Shown here: piece by piece, positions 17,645 to 27,000 of the stretch
Position numbering within the stretch: position 1 is the stretch's first letter
How the letters are laid out: each line of letters begins with the position of its first letter
IMG/VR virus record: IMGVR_UViG_3300027653_000034
Location: 1-37,427 of that record
DNA length: 37,427 nt
Direction: 5' to 3' (one strand)
From: a virus
Lineage: Duplodnaviria; Caudoviricetes
Position numbers and translations under genes: made by a program
The notes under the pieces: model-generated
Seen by the model: only the letters and a program-made list of their open reading frames with translations
Databases searched by the model: none
What the model was told of the DNA's origin: nothing

Positions 17645-18208
17645 ATGGCGGGTGCAACGCTAGAACTGGACAGCCTGGCAGTAACCGATGCGCTGGGGCG
17701 CGCGATTGCTGTGTTGCGCGACCCGCAGCGTATTCAGATTGATATGGGCGAGTATTTGCTGCGCGCCCACATTCTGCGGTTTGCAGCGCAAGTGTCGCCG
17801 GACGGTGTGCCCTGGGCGCCGCTATCGCCCCGGTACCAAAAACGAAAAAAGAAAAACCGGGACCGCATTTTATTTCTGGATGGCTACCTGGCCAACACCA
17901 TGCGTTACCAAGTCAGAGGCGGCGACTTGTTATTTGGCAGCAACCGCCCTTATGCAGCGCTCATGCATTTTGGTGGAGAAGTGCAACGCGCCGCCCGCAG
18001 CCAGGAGTTGTATTTTAAACGTAACCGCGATGGCAGTGTGGGTAACCGCTTTGTGAAAAAAAAGCGCAGCGACTTTGCCCAAACCGCAACCGTGGGCAGC
18101 CACAAGGTGCGTTACCCAGCACGCCCGTTTTTAGGCACCAGCGATCAGGACAACCTTGAGCTGCTGCAGATAACAATCCGCCACTGGGATCGCGCAATCG
18201 GCGGTTAA
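17645..18208 (+). CDS. Virion morphogenesis protein (Mu gpG-like)
   Basis: SPDGVPWAPLS...GSNRPYAALMHFGG...PARPFLG. Confidence 0.88.
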   Translation: MAGATLELDSLAVTDALGRAIAVLRDPQRIQIDMGEYLLRAHILRFAAQVSPDGVPWAPLSPRYQKRKKKNRDRILFLDGYLANTMRYQVRGGDLLFGSNRPYAALMHFGGEVQRAARSQELYFKRNRDGSVGNRFVKKKRSDFAQTATVGSHKVRYPARPFLGTSDQDNLELLQITIRHWDRAIGG

Positions 18209-18387
18209 AATTTGCGGCCCTGTGACGCCCTGCGCCGGGCCATGGCGGCCAATGTACCGACTGAGATACCCGTCAACGCTGTAAAGCGTTTATAAACAGC
18301 CCTGGCAACTCATTCAGCGCTACGTTCAGCTTGCACTTCGCAACACCCCACCGAGTTATCAATAAACCGAAGCACAACACCGTTGTT

Positions 18388-18432
18388 TTTTGTCCGGGGG
18401 CAAAAGACAACGCTTGCGCACGCGCATAGTCT
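18388..18432 (+). promoter_or_regulatory. Late promoter (PI-like): activator box plus -10
   Basis: TTTTGTCCGGGGGCAAAA then 21 bp then TAGTCT, upstream of the protease. Confidence 0.7.
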
Positions 18433-18484
18433 GGCCACTACAGTTTTACACCGTTACTCAACTGCTGCTGATCAGGACTGATGT

Positions 18485-19468
18485 ATGGCTACAGAGCCGC
18501 TGGAGATTTTCAAGCCGGGTACCTTTGAAAGTATGGAAGGCCAAACGCTGAACTTTACTGCGGAAGATGTAGCCGCAACGGTTGCCGCGTACGACCCGGC
18601 TTTGCACAAAGCGCCATTCGTGATCGGTCACCCAAAGACGGACGACCCCGCGTACGGTTGGGCCGCATCACTGTCCTTGAGCGACGACGGCGTTGTACTT
18701 GCTGAGCCCGAGCAGGTGCACGCCGAGTTTGCCGAGGGCGTCAACAACGGCAATTACCCCAAAATATCAACGTCATTCTGGCCGCCTGAGCACTCCGCAA
18801 ACCCAGTGCCGGGGGTTTGGTACCCGCGCCATATTGGGTTTTTGGGAGGTGCAGCACCGGCTGTTAAGGGGCTGCGGCCAGCCAGCTTTTCCTCTGATGA
18901 CGATGGCGTTGTAACGGTGAGCTTTTCCGAAACCCTTCAACCGAACCTGGAGCGCGACATGAGCACGAACAAGAACCTGGACAAAGATAAGCAGAAAGAG
19001 GCGAGCTTTGCCGAACGTGAAACCGCGTTGGCAACACGCGAAGCGGAGATAGCTGCGCGTGAAGCCAAAGTGGCCGAGCAGGCCCGTGCCGCCAAAACCG
19101 CAGAAATTGCCAGCTTTGCGGAAGGGTTGGTAAGCGAAGGCAAGCTTCTGCCCGCCGAAAAAGAAGGCGTGGTGTCCTTGCTGCAGGGCATGGCTGAGGA
19201 ACAAGTGGTTAGCTTCGCCGAAGGTGCCGGTACTGTGAAAAAGTCCGGCCCCGAATTCCTACGGGAATTCTTAACCGCACTGCCCGAGCGGGTTGATTTT
19301 GCAGAGCGCTCAGCCCCAGTGGACGAACAGGCAGTCACAGCCAGTTTTGCCGCGCCCAGAGGCTACACGGTGGACGGTAGCCAGGCCGAGCTGCACAACA
19401 AGATCACCGCGTACGCCGAGAAGCACAGCGTGACTTACGCGCAGGCAGCACAGGCCGTTGGGGGCTAG
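18485..19468 (+). CDS. Prohead protease/scaffold (Mu gpI/Z-like)
   Basis: EIFKPGT, APFVIGHP..DDPAYGW, RHIGFLGGAAPAVKGL; coiled-coil C-terminal half. Confidence 0.88.
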   Translation: MATEPLEIFKPGTFESMEGQTLNFTAEDVAATVAAYDPALHKAPFVIGHPKTDDPAYGWAASLSLSDDGVVLAEPEQVHAEFAEGVNNGNYPKISTSFWPPEHSANPVPGVWYPRHIGFLGGAAPAVKGLRPASFSSDDDGVVTVSFSETLQPNLERDMSTNKNLDKDKQKEASFAERETALATREAEIAAREAKVAEQARAAKTAEIASFAEGLVSEGKLLPAEKEGVVSLLQGMAEEQVVSFAEGAGTVKKSGPEFLREFLTALPERVDFAERSAPVDEQAVTASFAAPRGYTVDGSQAELHNKITAYAEKHSVTYAQAAQAVGG

Positions 19469-19523
19469 TTAAGCGCGAGAGCATTTAACTGCCGAAACGT
19501 CATTTCATTTTGAGGATTGATTC

Positions 19524-19883
19524 ATGGCTACACAAAAAAAACCGATCTTAACGATCACCCGCAACGCCACCGCCGCAATCGCCGCGTACCAAGCCGTAAC
19601 ACTGCTGGGCGCGGTTGCCGCAGCGGGAGCTGACGCCGCCGGCTTTGCCATCAGTGACGCCGCCATTGGGCAGGACTTTGGCGTGGATGTATTGGGCACC
19701 AGTACCGGTTTGGCTGGTGAGGCGCTCGATGAGGGTGTGGCCGTGGAGGTTGGCGCGGATGGGACGCTCGTTGAGCTGAGCGAAGGTGCCCGTATTGGGT
19801 GGACGTTGTTCTCGGCCGGTGCGGGCCAACCCGTTGAAGTGTTGATTGAAAAAGCGCCCGCGCCGCCTGGTGGCGGCGGGTAG
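19524..19883 (+). CDS. Capsid cement/decoration protein (DUF2190-like)
   Basis: Small Ala/Gly-rich beta protein between scaffold and capsid. Confidence 0.75.
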   Translation: MATQKKPILTITRNATAAIAAYQAVTLLGAVAAAGADAAGFAISDAAIGQDFGVDVLGTSTGLAGEALDEGVAVEVGADGTLVELSEGARIGWTLFSAGAGQPVEVLIEKAPAPPGGGG

Positions 19884-19929
19884 TTTCGCGTTAGCAACCC
19901 CATTCAATTTTTTTCAAGAGGGCTAGAAA

Positions 19930-20874
19930 ATGCCAATGAACAACAGACAGGTGCGCGTTGTTGATCCGATTTTGACAACCGTCGCACGCGGCTATCAGAA
20001 CCCGCAATTTGTGGGCAACCGTCTATTCCCGGAGGTGCCCGTACCAATTTCCGGCGGCCAGATCATTGAGTTCAATAAAGAGAGCTGGCGGAAATACAAC
20101 TTACGCCGGACTCCTGGTGGTGATGTGGTCGAGATCGACTATGGCTACGCGGGCAAGCCGTATGCGCTGGTGCAAGACAGCGTGCACGGCAAAGTGCCAC
20201 GCGAGCACTTGCGGGACGGTGCTGTATCCCCCGGTTTGAATCACGGCACCATTGCCACCAATGCGGCCATGAGCGCTATTCGGCGCGCGCAGGAGATCGA
20301 GCAGGCCAGCCTGGCTCGGGACGACAGCCAGTACGAGGCATCGAACAAAATCAGCATGACCGCCAGCAGTTGGAAAAACCCGGACCGCAACCCGGTGAGC
20401 GACCTGGTTACTGGCAAGCAAGTGATTGGCGACGGTATCGGGTTTGAGCCGAACGTGCTGCTGCTGTCCAGCGATGCGTGGAATGCGATTTCAACCAACC
20501 CTCATGTGCTCGGCTTGTTTACGCGCGGCGAGGTTGAAAATCTGATCATCACGCCGCAGATGCTGGCCTCAAAGCTGGATGTGACGGAGATTGTTATTGG
20601 GCGCACTAGCTACATCAATGATCAGGGCGCGACCGTGAAAGCGTGGGGCGCGGACGCTGTGCTGGCGTACACCGAGATTGGCAGCATGACCAATGCGCTG
20701 CCCTCGTACGGTTACACCTACACGCTGGAAGGCAACCCTGTGGTTGAGCAGACCTGGTACAACAACAGCAATAAAAGCTGGATGTACCCGGTGAATAACG
20801 AGTACTCGCCGGTGATTGCCGGTGCCGATGCCGGTTATCTGTTCATCGATGCAGGTGCGCCGTTCAGCGGCTAA
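19930..20874 (+). CDS. Major capsid protein
   Basis: RVVDPILTTVARGY...LFPEVPV; PNVLLL; PSYGYTY; AGYLF; synteny. Confidence 0.88.
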   Translation: MPMNNRQVRVVDPILTTVARGYQNPQFVGNRLFPEVPVPISGGQIIEFNKESWRKYNLRRTPGGDVVEIDYGYAGKPYALVQDSVHGKVPREHLRDGAVSPGLNHGTIATNAAMSAIRRAQEIEQASLARDDSQYEASNKISMTASSWKNPDRNPVSDLVTGKQVIGDGIGFEPNVLLLSSDAWNAISTNPHVLGLFTRGEVENLIITPQMLASKLDVTEIVIGRTSYINDQGATVKAWGADAVLAYTEIGSMTNALPSYGYTYTLEGNPVVEQTWYNNSNKSWMYPVNNEYSPVIAGADAGYLFIDAGAPFSG

Positions 20875-20923
20875 AGGATGAAGCGCAGGGACGCGGGGCA
20901 ACCCACTTACTGGTAGGTGACTT

Positions 20924-21283
20924 ATGAATAAGCAATATGTTGCGCGGGTCGCGCTGGCCGTTGGCAAGCGCACTGTCCAGCCCGGCTCGGTGGTTAAAGG
21001 CGTGCCTGAAGCGACACTGGAACATTTGCTCAGCAAAGGTTTTGTGGACGAAGTATTGCCGACGGTGAATGATCTTAAAGAAGAGGCGGCGGCAAAGGCC
21101 AAGGCAGAAGCGGAAGCGGTTGCGAAGGCCGAAGCGGAGGCTGCTGCGAAGGCGGAAGCGGAAGCTGCTGAGAAAGCAGAAGCGGAAGCTGTTGCGAAGG
21201 CGGAAGCGGAAGCGGCGGCGCAAGCTGAGCAAGAAGCCAAGGCCAAAACCCAGGCCGCGAAAGCGAAAGCGGGTAAAAAATAA
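20924..21283 (+). CDS. Ala/Glu/Lys repeat protein (Mu gp35 position)
   Basis: Follows the capsid gene; tandem AKAEAEAA units. Confidence 0.75.
   Translation: MNKQYVARVALAVGKRTVQPGSVVKGVPEATLEHLLSKGFVDEVLPTVNDLKEEAAAKAKAEAEAVAKAEAEAAAKAEAEAAEKAEAEAVAKAEAEAAAQAEQEAKAKTQAAKAKAGKK
21083..21240 (+). repeat. Degenerate 24-bp coding tandem repeat
   Basis: About 5-6 GCGAAGGCNGAAGCGGARGCNGYT-like units. Confidence 0.75.
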
Positions 21284-21407
21284 TCCCTGCAGGGCGTGCT
21301 GCGTTGCAGCAATCCAGATCTCTGCCGTTGTGGGCGTTGACCTGGTAGCCCGACCACGAGCCGCCGTACCGGCACAACACGGTACGGCACTTATTGAGAA
21401 AGCTGTG

Positions 21408-21914
21408 ATGGCGTACGTCTCCCACATGCAATTGGCAGAACGCCCCGGCGCCCAAGAGCTGGCGCAGGTGGCCACCGACCGACATAAGCCGATTGTTGAC
21501 TCGGCGCTAATGGATGCCACGCTGCGCGCCGCTGACCGCAGCGAGTGGGGGCCTGATGACGTCGCGGAGGCCGATGCCGCGTTACAGCGTATTGATGATG
21601 CCGTAGCCGATGCCGACGGGCTGATTAACGGCTACTTGCGTAAGCGCGGCTACCCGGTACCGATTAGCCCGGCACCGAGAATTGTCACGGCCTGGTCGCG
21701 AGACATAGCCCGCTATTTTTTGCACCAGGACCGGTTAAGCAGTGAGGGCAATGACCCCATTGTGCGCGCCTACCGAGACGCCCTGAAGCTGTTGCAACAG
21801 CTGGCTGACGGCACGTTCAGCTTGGGTGCCGATGATGACCTGACGACCACGGCGGGTATGCCCGAGTTTCGTAAAGGCGCCACGCCCGTGCGAGACGCAC
21901 TGCAGGACTATTGA
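21408..21914 (+). CDS. Head-tail connector (Mu gp36 / DUF1320-like)
   Basis: Start reassigned to ATG 21408; ADADGLINGYL...DIARYFL...YRDALKLL..LADG.FSLG. Confidence 0.85.
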   Translation: MAYVSHMQLAERPGAQELAQVATDRHKPIVDSALMDATLRAADRSEWGPDDVAEADAALQRIDDAVADADGLINGYLRKRGYPVPISPAPRIVTAWSRDIARYFLHQDRLSSEGNDPIVRAYRDALKLLQQLADGTFSLGADDDLTTTAGMPEFRKGATPVRDALQDY

Positions 21915-22355
21915 ATGAGCTCACAACCCTTTGATCTGCAACCCGTGATTGAGCGCCTGGCGGCGGCCGTGCCCGAGCTGCAAACGGTAGAGGGCGCTGC
22001 TCAGTACGCCGCGATTACCGGGTTAAAAGATTTTCGGCCACCCTGTGCCTACGTGCTGCTGATACGCGAACGAGCGGACCAGGAGCAACCCAAGGCGGGG
22101 CGGCAACGGGCGCTTGTGACGTTTGGTGTGGTGGTGGTTGCGCGCAACTACCGCGACCAGCGGGGCGCGGAGATGAAGCAAACGCTGGACCCGTTGCTGA
22201 ACGCCGTGCGCAACAGCCTGATTGGTTGGACGCCCAGCGGTGCCGGTGCTCGGCCAGTGAAATGGCTGCAAGGCGATGTACTGGATTACGACGCGAACAC
22301 GTTGTTGTGGAGCGACGTTTTTGAAACTCAACATTTTATGGGAGCTGGATCATGA
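21915..22355 (+). CDS. Tail terminator (Mu gp37-like)
   Basis: Synteny; FGVVVVARNYRD...LIGWTP. Confidence 0.75.
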   Translation: MSSQPFDLQPVIERLAAAVPELQTVEGAAQYAAITGLKDFRPPCAYVLLIRERADQEQPKAGRQRALVTFGVVVVARNYRDQRGAEMKQTLDPLLNAVRNSLIGWTPSGAGARPVKWLQGDVLDYDANTLLWSDVFETQHFMGAGS

Positions 22356-22534
22356 CCGAGACGAAAACCCCCGCCACCGCAGGAAAAGCCAAGGCGCCAA
22401 CTGGCGCGCTGGTTGAAGTGACGTTGACTGCCCCGCACAAGCATGGCGGTAAGAGCTGGGCCAAAGGCGAGAAGATCAGCGTCAGCGAGCGCCGTAAGGC
22501 GTGGCTGATTGCCCGTAAAAAAGTAGCTGGCTAA
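22352..22534 (+). CDS. Small conserved phage protein
   Basis: VTLTAPHKHGGK...GEKISV...AWLI; ATGA coupling. Confidence 0.65.
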   Translation: MTETKTPATAGKAKAPTGALVEVTLTAPHKHGGKSWAKGEKISVSERRKAWLIARKKVAG

Positions 22535-22570
22535 AGCCGCTGACACTCAGACTAACGCGAGGACGACCCA

Positions 22571-23308
22571 ATGCTATTTTCATTCCAAGGCAAGATTTGG
22601 CTGGCCACCCGTAACGCCCAGGGCCGGTACGAGAAACAGCAGTTTGTGGGCAACGCCCCCAGCTTACAGTTGCAACTGCAAACCGAGACGAGCCAAAAAA
22701 TGGATTCGTACACCGGTAACCGGCTGCAAATTGGCGAGTTAACGCGGGGCAAAACCGCGACATTGAACATGACGCTTGATGAGTGGACGCCAGAGAACCT
22801 GCTGCTGGCGTTTTACGGCACCCAGGTTGCAATATCCAGCAGCACGGTGACCGGCGAGGCGCTGCCCGAGAACCTGGTGGCCGGGGATGTGATTCGCTTG
22901 GATCACCAGTTTGTCAGCAGTGTGGTGCTTGAGGCCGACGGCACGCCCCTGGTTCTGGGTACCGATTACCGAATCGAGAGCGAGCACGCTGGGCTGATCG
23001 AGCTGCTGAGAACTCCGGACGACGATGTTGAGGCGGACTACGAGTACGCGGCCGCCGATGCGGTGACCATGTTCACAGGCGAGCCGCCGGAGCGCTGGCT
23101 GCTGCTGGATGGCATCAACACGGAAAACGGCGAGCGCGTAATTGTTGAGCTGTTCCGCGTGAAGTTCCAGCCCGTGGGCGACCTCAACTTGATTGTGGAC
23201 GAGTACGGCAGCATTCCCCTGACCGGTGCCGTGTTGTTTGACCCGCTGAACGCTGACGACGCGAACCTGGGCGGCTACGGCCGAGCCTTGCAACAAGCAG
23301 CGAGTTAA
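22571..23308 (+). CDS. Major tail (tube) protein
   Basis: FSFQGKIWLA...VGNAPSL; 245 aa, before chaperone and tape measure; no sheath gene present. Confidence 0.82.
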   Translation: MLFSFQGKIWLATRNAQGRYEKQQFVGNAPSLQLQLQTETSQKMDSYTGNRLQIGELTRGKTATLNMTLDEWTPENLLLAFYGTQVAISSSTVTGEALPENLVAGDVIRLDHQFVSSVVLEADGTPLVLGTDYRIESEHAGLIELLRTPDDDVEADYEYAAADAVTMFTGEPPERWLLLDGINTENGERVIVELFRVKFQPVGDLNLIVDEYGSIPLTGAVLFDPLNADDANLGGYGRALQQAAS

Positions 23309-23310
23309 CC

Positions 23311-23877
23311 ATGGCTAAGAAAGTAGAGCGCCCCCGTAAAAAATCCTCCGCGCCCGACGGTGCGGAGGATTTGGAGATACTGCACCCTGAGAGGATTGTC
23401 ACCATTGGCGGGCGTACATTGACGGTGCGCGAATACAGTTTTGTCGAGGGGCTGCGGCTGCGGCCGCTGTACCAGCCGCTGCTGGATGCGCTGTATGAGA
23501 CCATGCAGCACGGCGAGGTGCCGCGCACGGACGAGGTGCAGGCAATACTGGCTGAACATTTGGACGCGACTTTGCAGCTGATTGCTGTGGCTGCGGATAC
23601 CGATGTTGATTACGTGAGTTCGCTCAACTTGCGTGATGGCAACCAGCTGCTGGACGCCTGGTGGGGCGCTAATGGCCCCTTTTTTTTGCGCAATGTGTTC
23701 GACCGGATGATGCACCAAAAAATACTGCAAAAGGCGCGCGCTGGGCAGACACCTACCAACAGCTCATCGAGCACGGACACGACCCGCAGCGAATCGGCCA
23801 CTACACCAAGCGGCAAATCCTCCTCTACCTCGGCGCCACCGGTCGCGCCCAAAACCGGAAAAGAAGCCAAACCCTAG
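23311..23877 (+). CDS. Tail assembly chaperone (gpG-like)
   Basis: DLEILHPER...VREYSFVEGL...WWGANGPFF; between tail tube and tape measure. Confidence 0.8.
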   Translation: MAKKVERPRKKSSAPDGAEDLEILHPERIVTIGGRTLTVREYSFVEGLRLRPLYQPLLDALYETMQHGEVPRTDEVQAILAEHLDATLQLIAVAADTDVDYVSSLNLRDGNQLLDAWWGANGPFFLRNVFDRMMHQKILQKARAGQTPTNSSSSTDTTRSESATTPSGKSSSTSAPPVAPKTGKEAKP

Positions 23878-23951
23878 TCGATACGTTAAAAGCATTCGTG
23901 GGCGGCAAGTCGGCGAACGATCATCTGCGCAAGCTCACGACCGAAAAATAA
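23682..23951 (+). CDS. -1 frameshift extension of the tail chaperone (gpGT-like C-terminus)
   Basis: Slippery T TTT TTG at 23682-23688; -1 frame open to TAA 23949-23951 (WADTYQQLIEHGHDPQRIGHYTKRQILLYL). Confidence 0.7.
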   Translation, partial: FFAQCVRPDDAPKNTAKGARWADTYQQLIEHGHDPQRIGHYTKRQILLYLGATGRAQNRKRSQTLVDTLKAFVGGKSANDHLRKLTTEK

Positions 23952-23977
23952 TAACACCCCTGCAGCAACTCCGTTCC

Positions 23978-23999
23978 GCCCGGCTCGCCGGGCTTTTTT
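23978..23999 (+). terminator. Rho-independent terminator
   Basis: GCCCGG-CTCG-CCGGGC-TTTTTT. Confidence 0.75.
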
Positions 24000-24041
24000 G
24001 ACCCCGGGCAAAAGACCCACCCGCCTCGCGCGCGCGATACT
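23996..24041 (+). promoter_or_regulatory. Late promoter before tape measure: activator box plus -10
   Basis: TTTTGACCCCGGGCAAAA then 22 bp then GATACT. Confidence 0.7.
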
Positions 24042-24070
24042 GAGCATCCATTCAACTGCTCTCGTGCCCT

Positions 24071-27000
24071 ATGTCGAACGAACTGAATCTTGCACTGCGC
24101 ATAAAGACTGACCTGGAAGCCGGACGTAAAGACGTTGAGGCGCTAGCGAAGTCTGTGGAGCGCGTTGGCGAGGCGGCTACGAGCACCAGCGCCGGCACAT
24201 CCGGCATGGGTAACAGTGTTACCCAGTTGATAAACGACATGCGCGCGTTTGAAGAGGCAAACAATGGCGCGCTGCGCAGCATGGAAGACATTGCAGAACA
24301 AGAAGAGCGGCTTGACCGCCTGATGACTCAAGGGGCGATTACCACCAAAGAATACGAAGAGGCCTTGGCGAATCTGGATAAGGCTGAGGCCAGCTTGGTT
24401 AAAGAGCATCAGCAGCATGAGCGCGCCCTGCAAAATGTGATGCGCACTGCCGACCGCACAGCGGTAGAAATGGAAAAGCTGGACAGTGCGGCTGACGAAT
24501 TGGAGCGTGCCTTCCGGGACGGGCGCATTACCGTTGAGCAATACAACCGCGCGATGGAGGGGATTGCTCGGCGCCGGGTAGAGCTGCAGGCCATGAGCGG
24601 CACCATGGGCCGCTTGGGCTTGCAAACCCGCCAGGCGCGCAACCAAATGATTACCCTGGGGCGCAGCCTGCAGTCGGGCAGTTTTGATCGGGTGGCGTTT
24701 GACCTGCTGCGTTTGAGCCAAAACGCCGACCGCAGCGGCCAGGCGTTTATGCGTTTTGTGTTACCGGTGGCCGCCGTTACCGCCGGAGTAGCCGCATTCA
24801 CAGCAGTGAGCGTGGCCGCGTGGCGCGAGCAACGGGAGCTGAGCAACACGTTGGTGTTAACCGGCAACGCGGCCGGTTTGACCGAGCACGAGTTTGCGCA
24901 GCTGTCCCGGCGCATTGAGCAAACCACCACGGCGACCATTGCCCAAAGCCGCGAGTTAGCCCGTGGGTTTGCCGCCACAGGCCGGATGAGTTCGCGAGTG
25001 ATTGAAGAGTTTGGGCGCACAGCGGCGATTATGCAGCAGCTGACTAGGCAGTCGACTGATGAGATCGTTGCTGACTTTTCGCGCATGCAGGATGGGGTGG
25101 CTGAGTGGGTGGCCAAGCACAACGAATCCATGAATTTTGTCACCGCCGAGCAGTACAACTACATCCGCGTGCTGGAAGAACAAGGTGATACTGAGGCGGC
25201 GATGTTGGCGGCCAGCGAGGCGCTGCAGGAGCGTTACGCCGACCAGGTGACTGAGCGCATTCAAGGTATGGAAAGCTGGTGGATCCGTGCGCGAAAAGCG
25301 GCCTCGGACTACTGGCAAGTCACTAAAGATCTCACCTCTTTCGACAGCAGCCCGCACCTGGTGCTAGAGCGCAACCAGATGTTGTTGAGAGCCAGGACGC
25401 AATCGGTAGAGCGCGCCGGGCGGAACCCGGATGACGATCCGGTCGTGCGTCAATACCGTGAACGGATACAGAAGCTCGAACATGAGCTAAGCAGTGAGCG
25501 TCTCGAAGCCGAAATAATGGCCGAAATCGCTCGCGAAGAAGCGGCCGCCATTGCGGCACAAAACCGTATCCGCCAGCTCAGTATCCGCGCTGACCGCGAA
25601 CGCCAGATGCAGGCGGAGCTGGATAAGTTGGAGCGGGACTTTGCCGCCGCCACCGCCGTCGATACCGACGACCCCGACTTTAGTGCTGAGAACCGCCAGC
25701 GGCTGGAAGATGAGATCCGCAAGCGCTTTGCTGAGGACGACGACCAGAGCAGCGCCGCTGCGGAGAACTACGTGCGCAGCCTGGAGCGACAGGCCGATGC
25801 CGCCGGTAAGACCGCTGCCGAAATTCGGCTGCTTGCGTCGCTGGAGCAAGAGCTGAGCGACGAGCAGCGCATGCGCGTGAACGGCGCGCTGATCATGCTG
25901 CAGTTTGAGGAAGAGCGGCAACAGCAGATGCGCGATGCCCAACAACTGGCGGGCCTGGAGGTTCAACTGTTGCGCGCCCAGGGCCGCGAGGCGGAAGCCG
26001 CCGCGCTGGAAATGGAACAACAGTACGGTGAATTGCTTGAGCGCCTGGAAAGCCGCAGCGACGACACCGGCAAAGAACTGGTTGAGAACCTGATCAACCT
26101 GGGCGAGCTAAGCCGGCAACTAAGCGCAGCCGAGCAGGAAATTGAACGCACGATGAGCGACCTGGCCCGGCGCGAGCAGAGCATTGACGTGCAACGCCAG
26201 GCAGGCTTGATCAGCGAATACGAGGCGCGCCGGCAAATACTGGAGCTCCACCGCGAAACCGCCCGCGTACTCGAACAGCAACGCCCGCTGCTGGAGGAGC
26301 TTGCTCAGCAGCCTGGGCATGTGGGTGAAAGTGCCCGCGCTGCCCTTCAAGCCATGGATGCCGAGCTGCAAATGCTGCGCAGTACTGTGACGCTGCTGGA
26401 AGAAACCCTAAGGGGCGGTCTGGAGCGCGGCCTGGCCACAGCGATTGAAGGCCTGGCTAAAGGCACGATGACCCTGCGGGAGGCGATTCATGCTTTGGCG
26501 ACTACGGTTACTGATGCGGTGATTCAGATGGCGGCGCAGCAGCTGGCCCAGACCATTACCGGAAGTTTGTTTGGCGGTGGTAACGATGGGGCGGAACTTA
26601 AAGAAGGTGCAGCGGCGGTTGCCGGCAGTGCAGCCGCGCTGGCCACCGCTGGTGGAACACTGGTTACTGGCGCCGCCGCCCTGGAGGCCGCCGCCGCCAG
26701 CTTGATGGCTGCCAATGCGGGGCAGTCCGCTGCGGGTGCCTCTGGCAGCGGTGGTGATAGCGATTGGAGCTGGGTGACCACGGCGATCAGCCTATTCGCC
26801 GCTGACGGCGGCTTGGTAACCGGCCCCGGCACCGGTACCAGCGACGAAATACCCGCCATGCTTAGCAACCGCGAATTTGTAGTGCGTAACGCCTCCGTGG
26901 AGCAGCCTGGCGCTGAGAGCTTTTTGCACGATTTTAACCGGCGCGGTATGGCGGCGCTGGAGGATTGGGCGCCCGTTTACCACAGTACCGGCGGCCTGGC

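Noticed and set aside
18209-18484. Anti-CRISPR locus, as found at this position in D3112-like phages
   Set aside because: No credible ORF or aca-like HTH gene in the gap
21083-21240. CRISPR-like or regulatory repeat
   Set aside because: In-frame coding repeat without spacers
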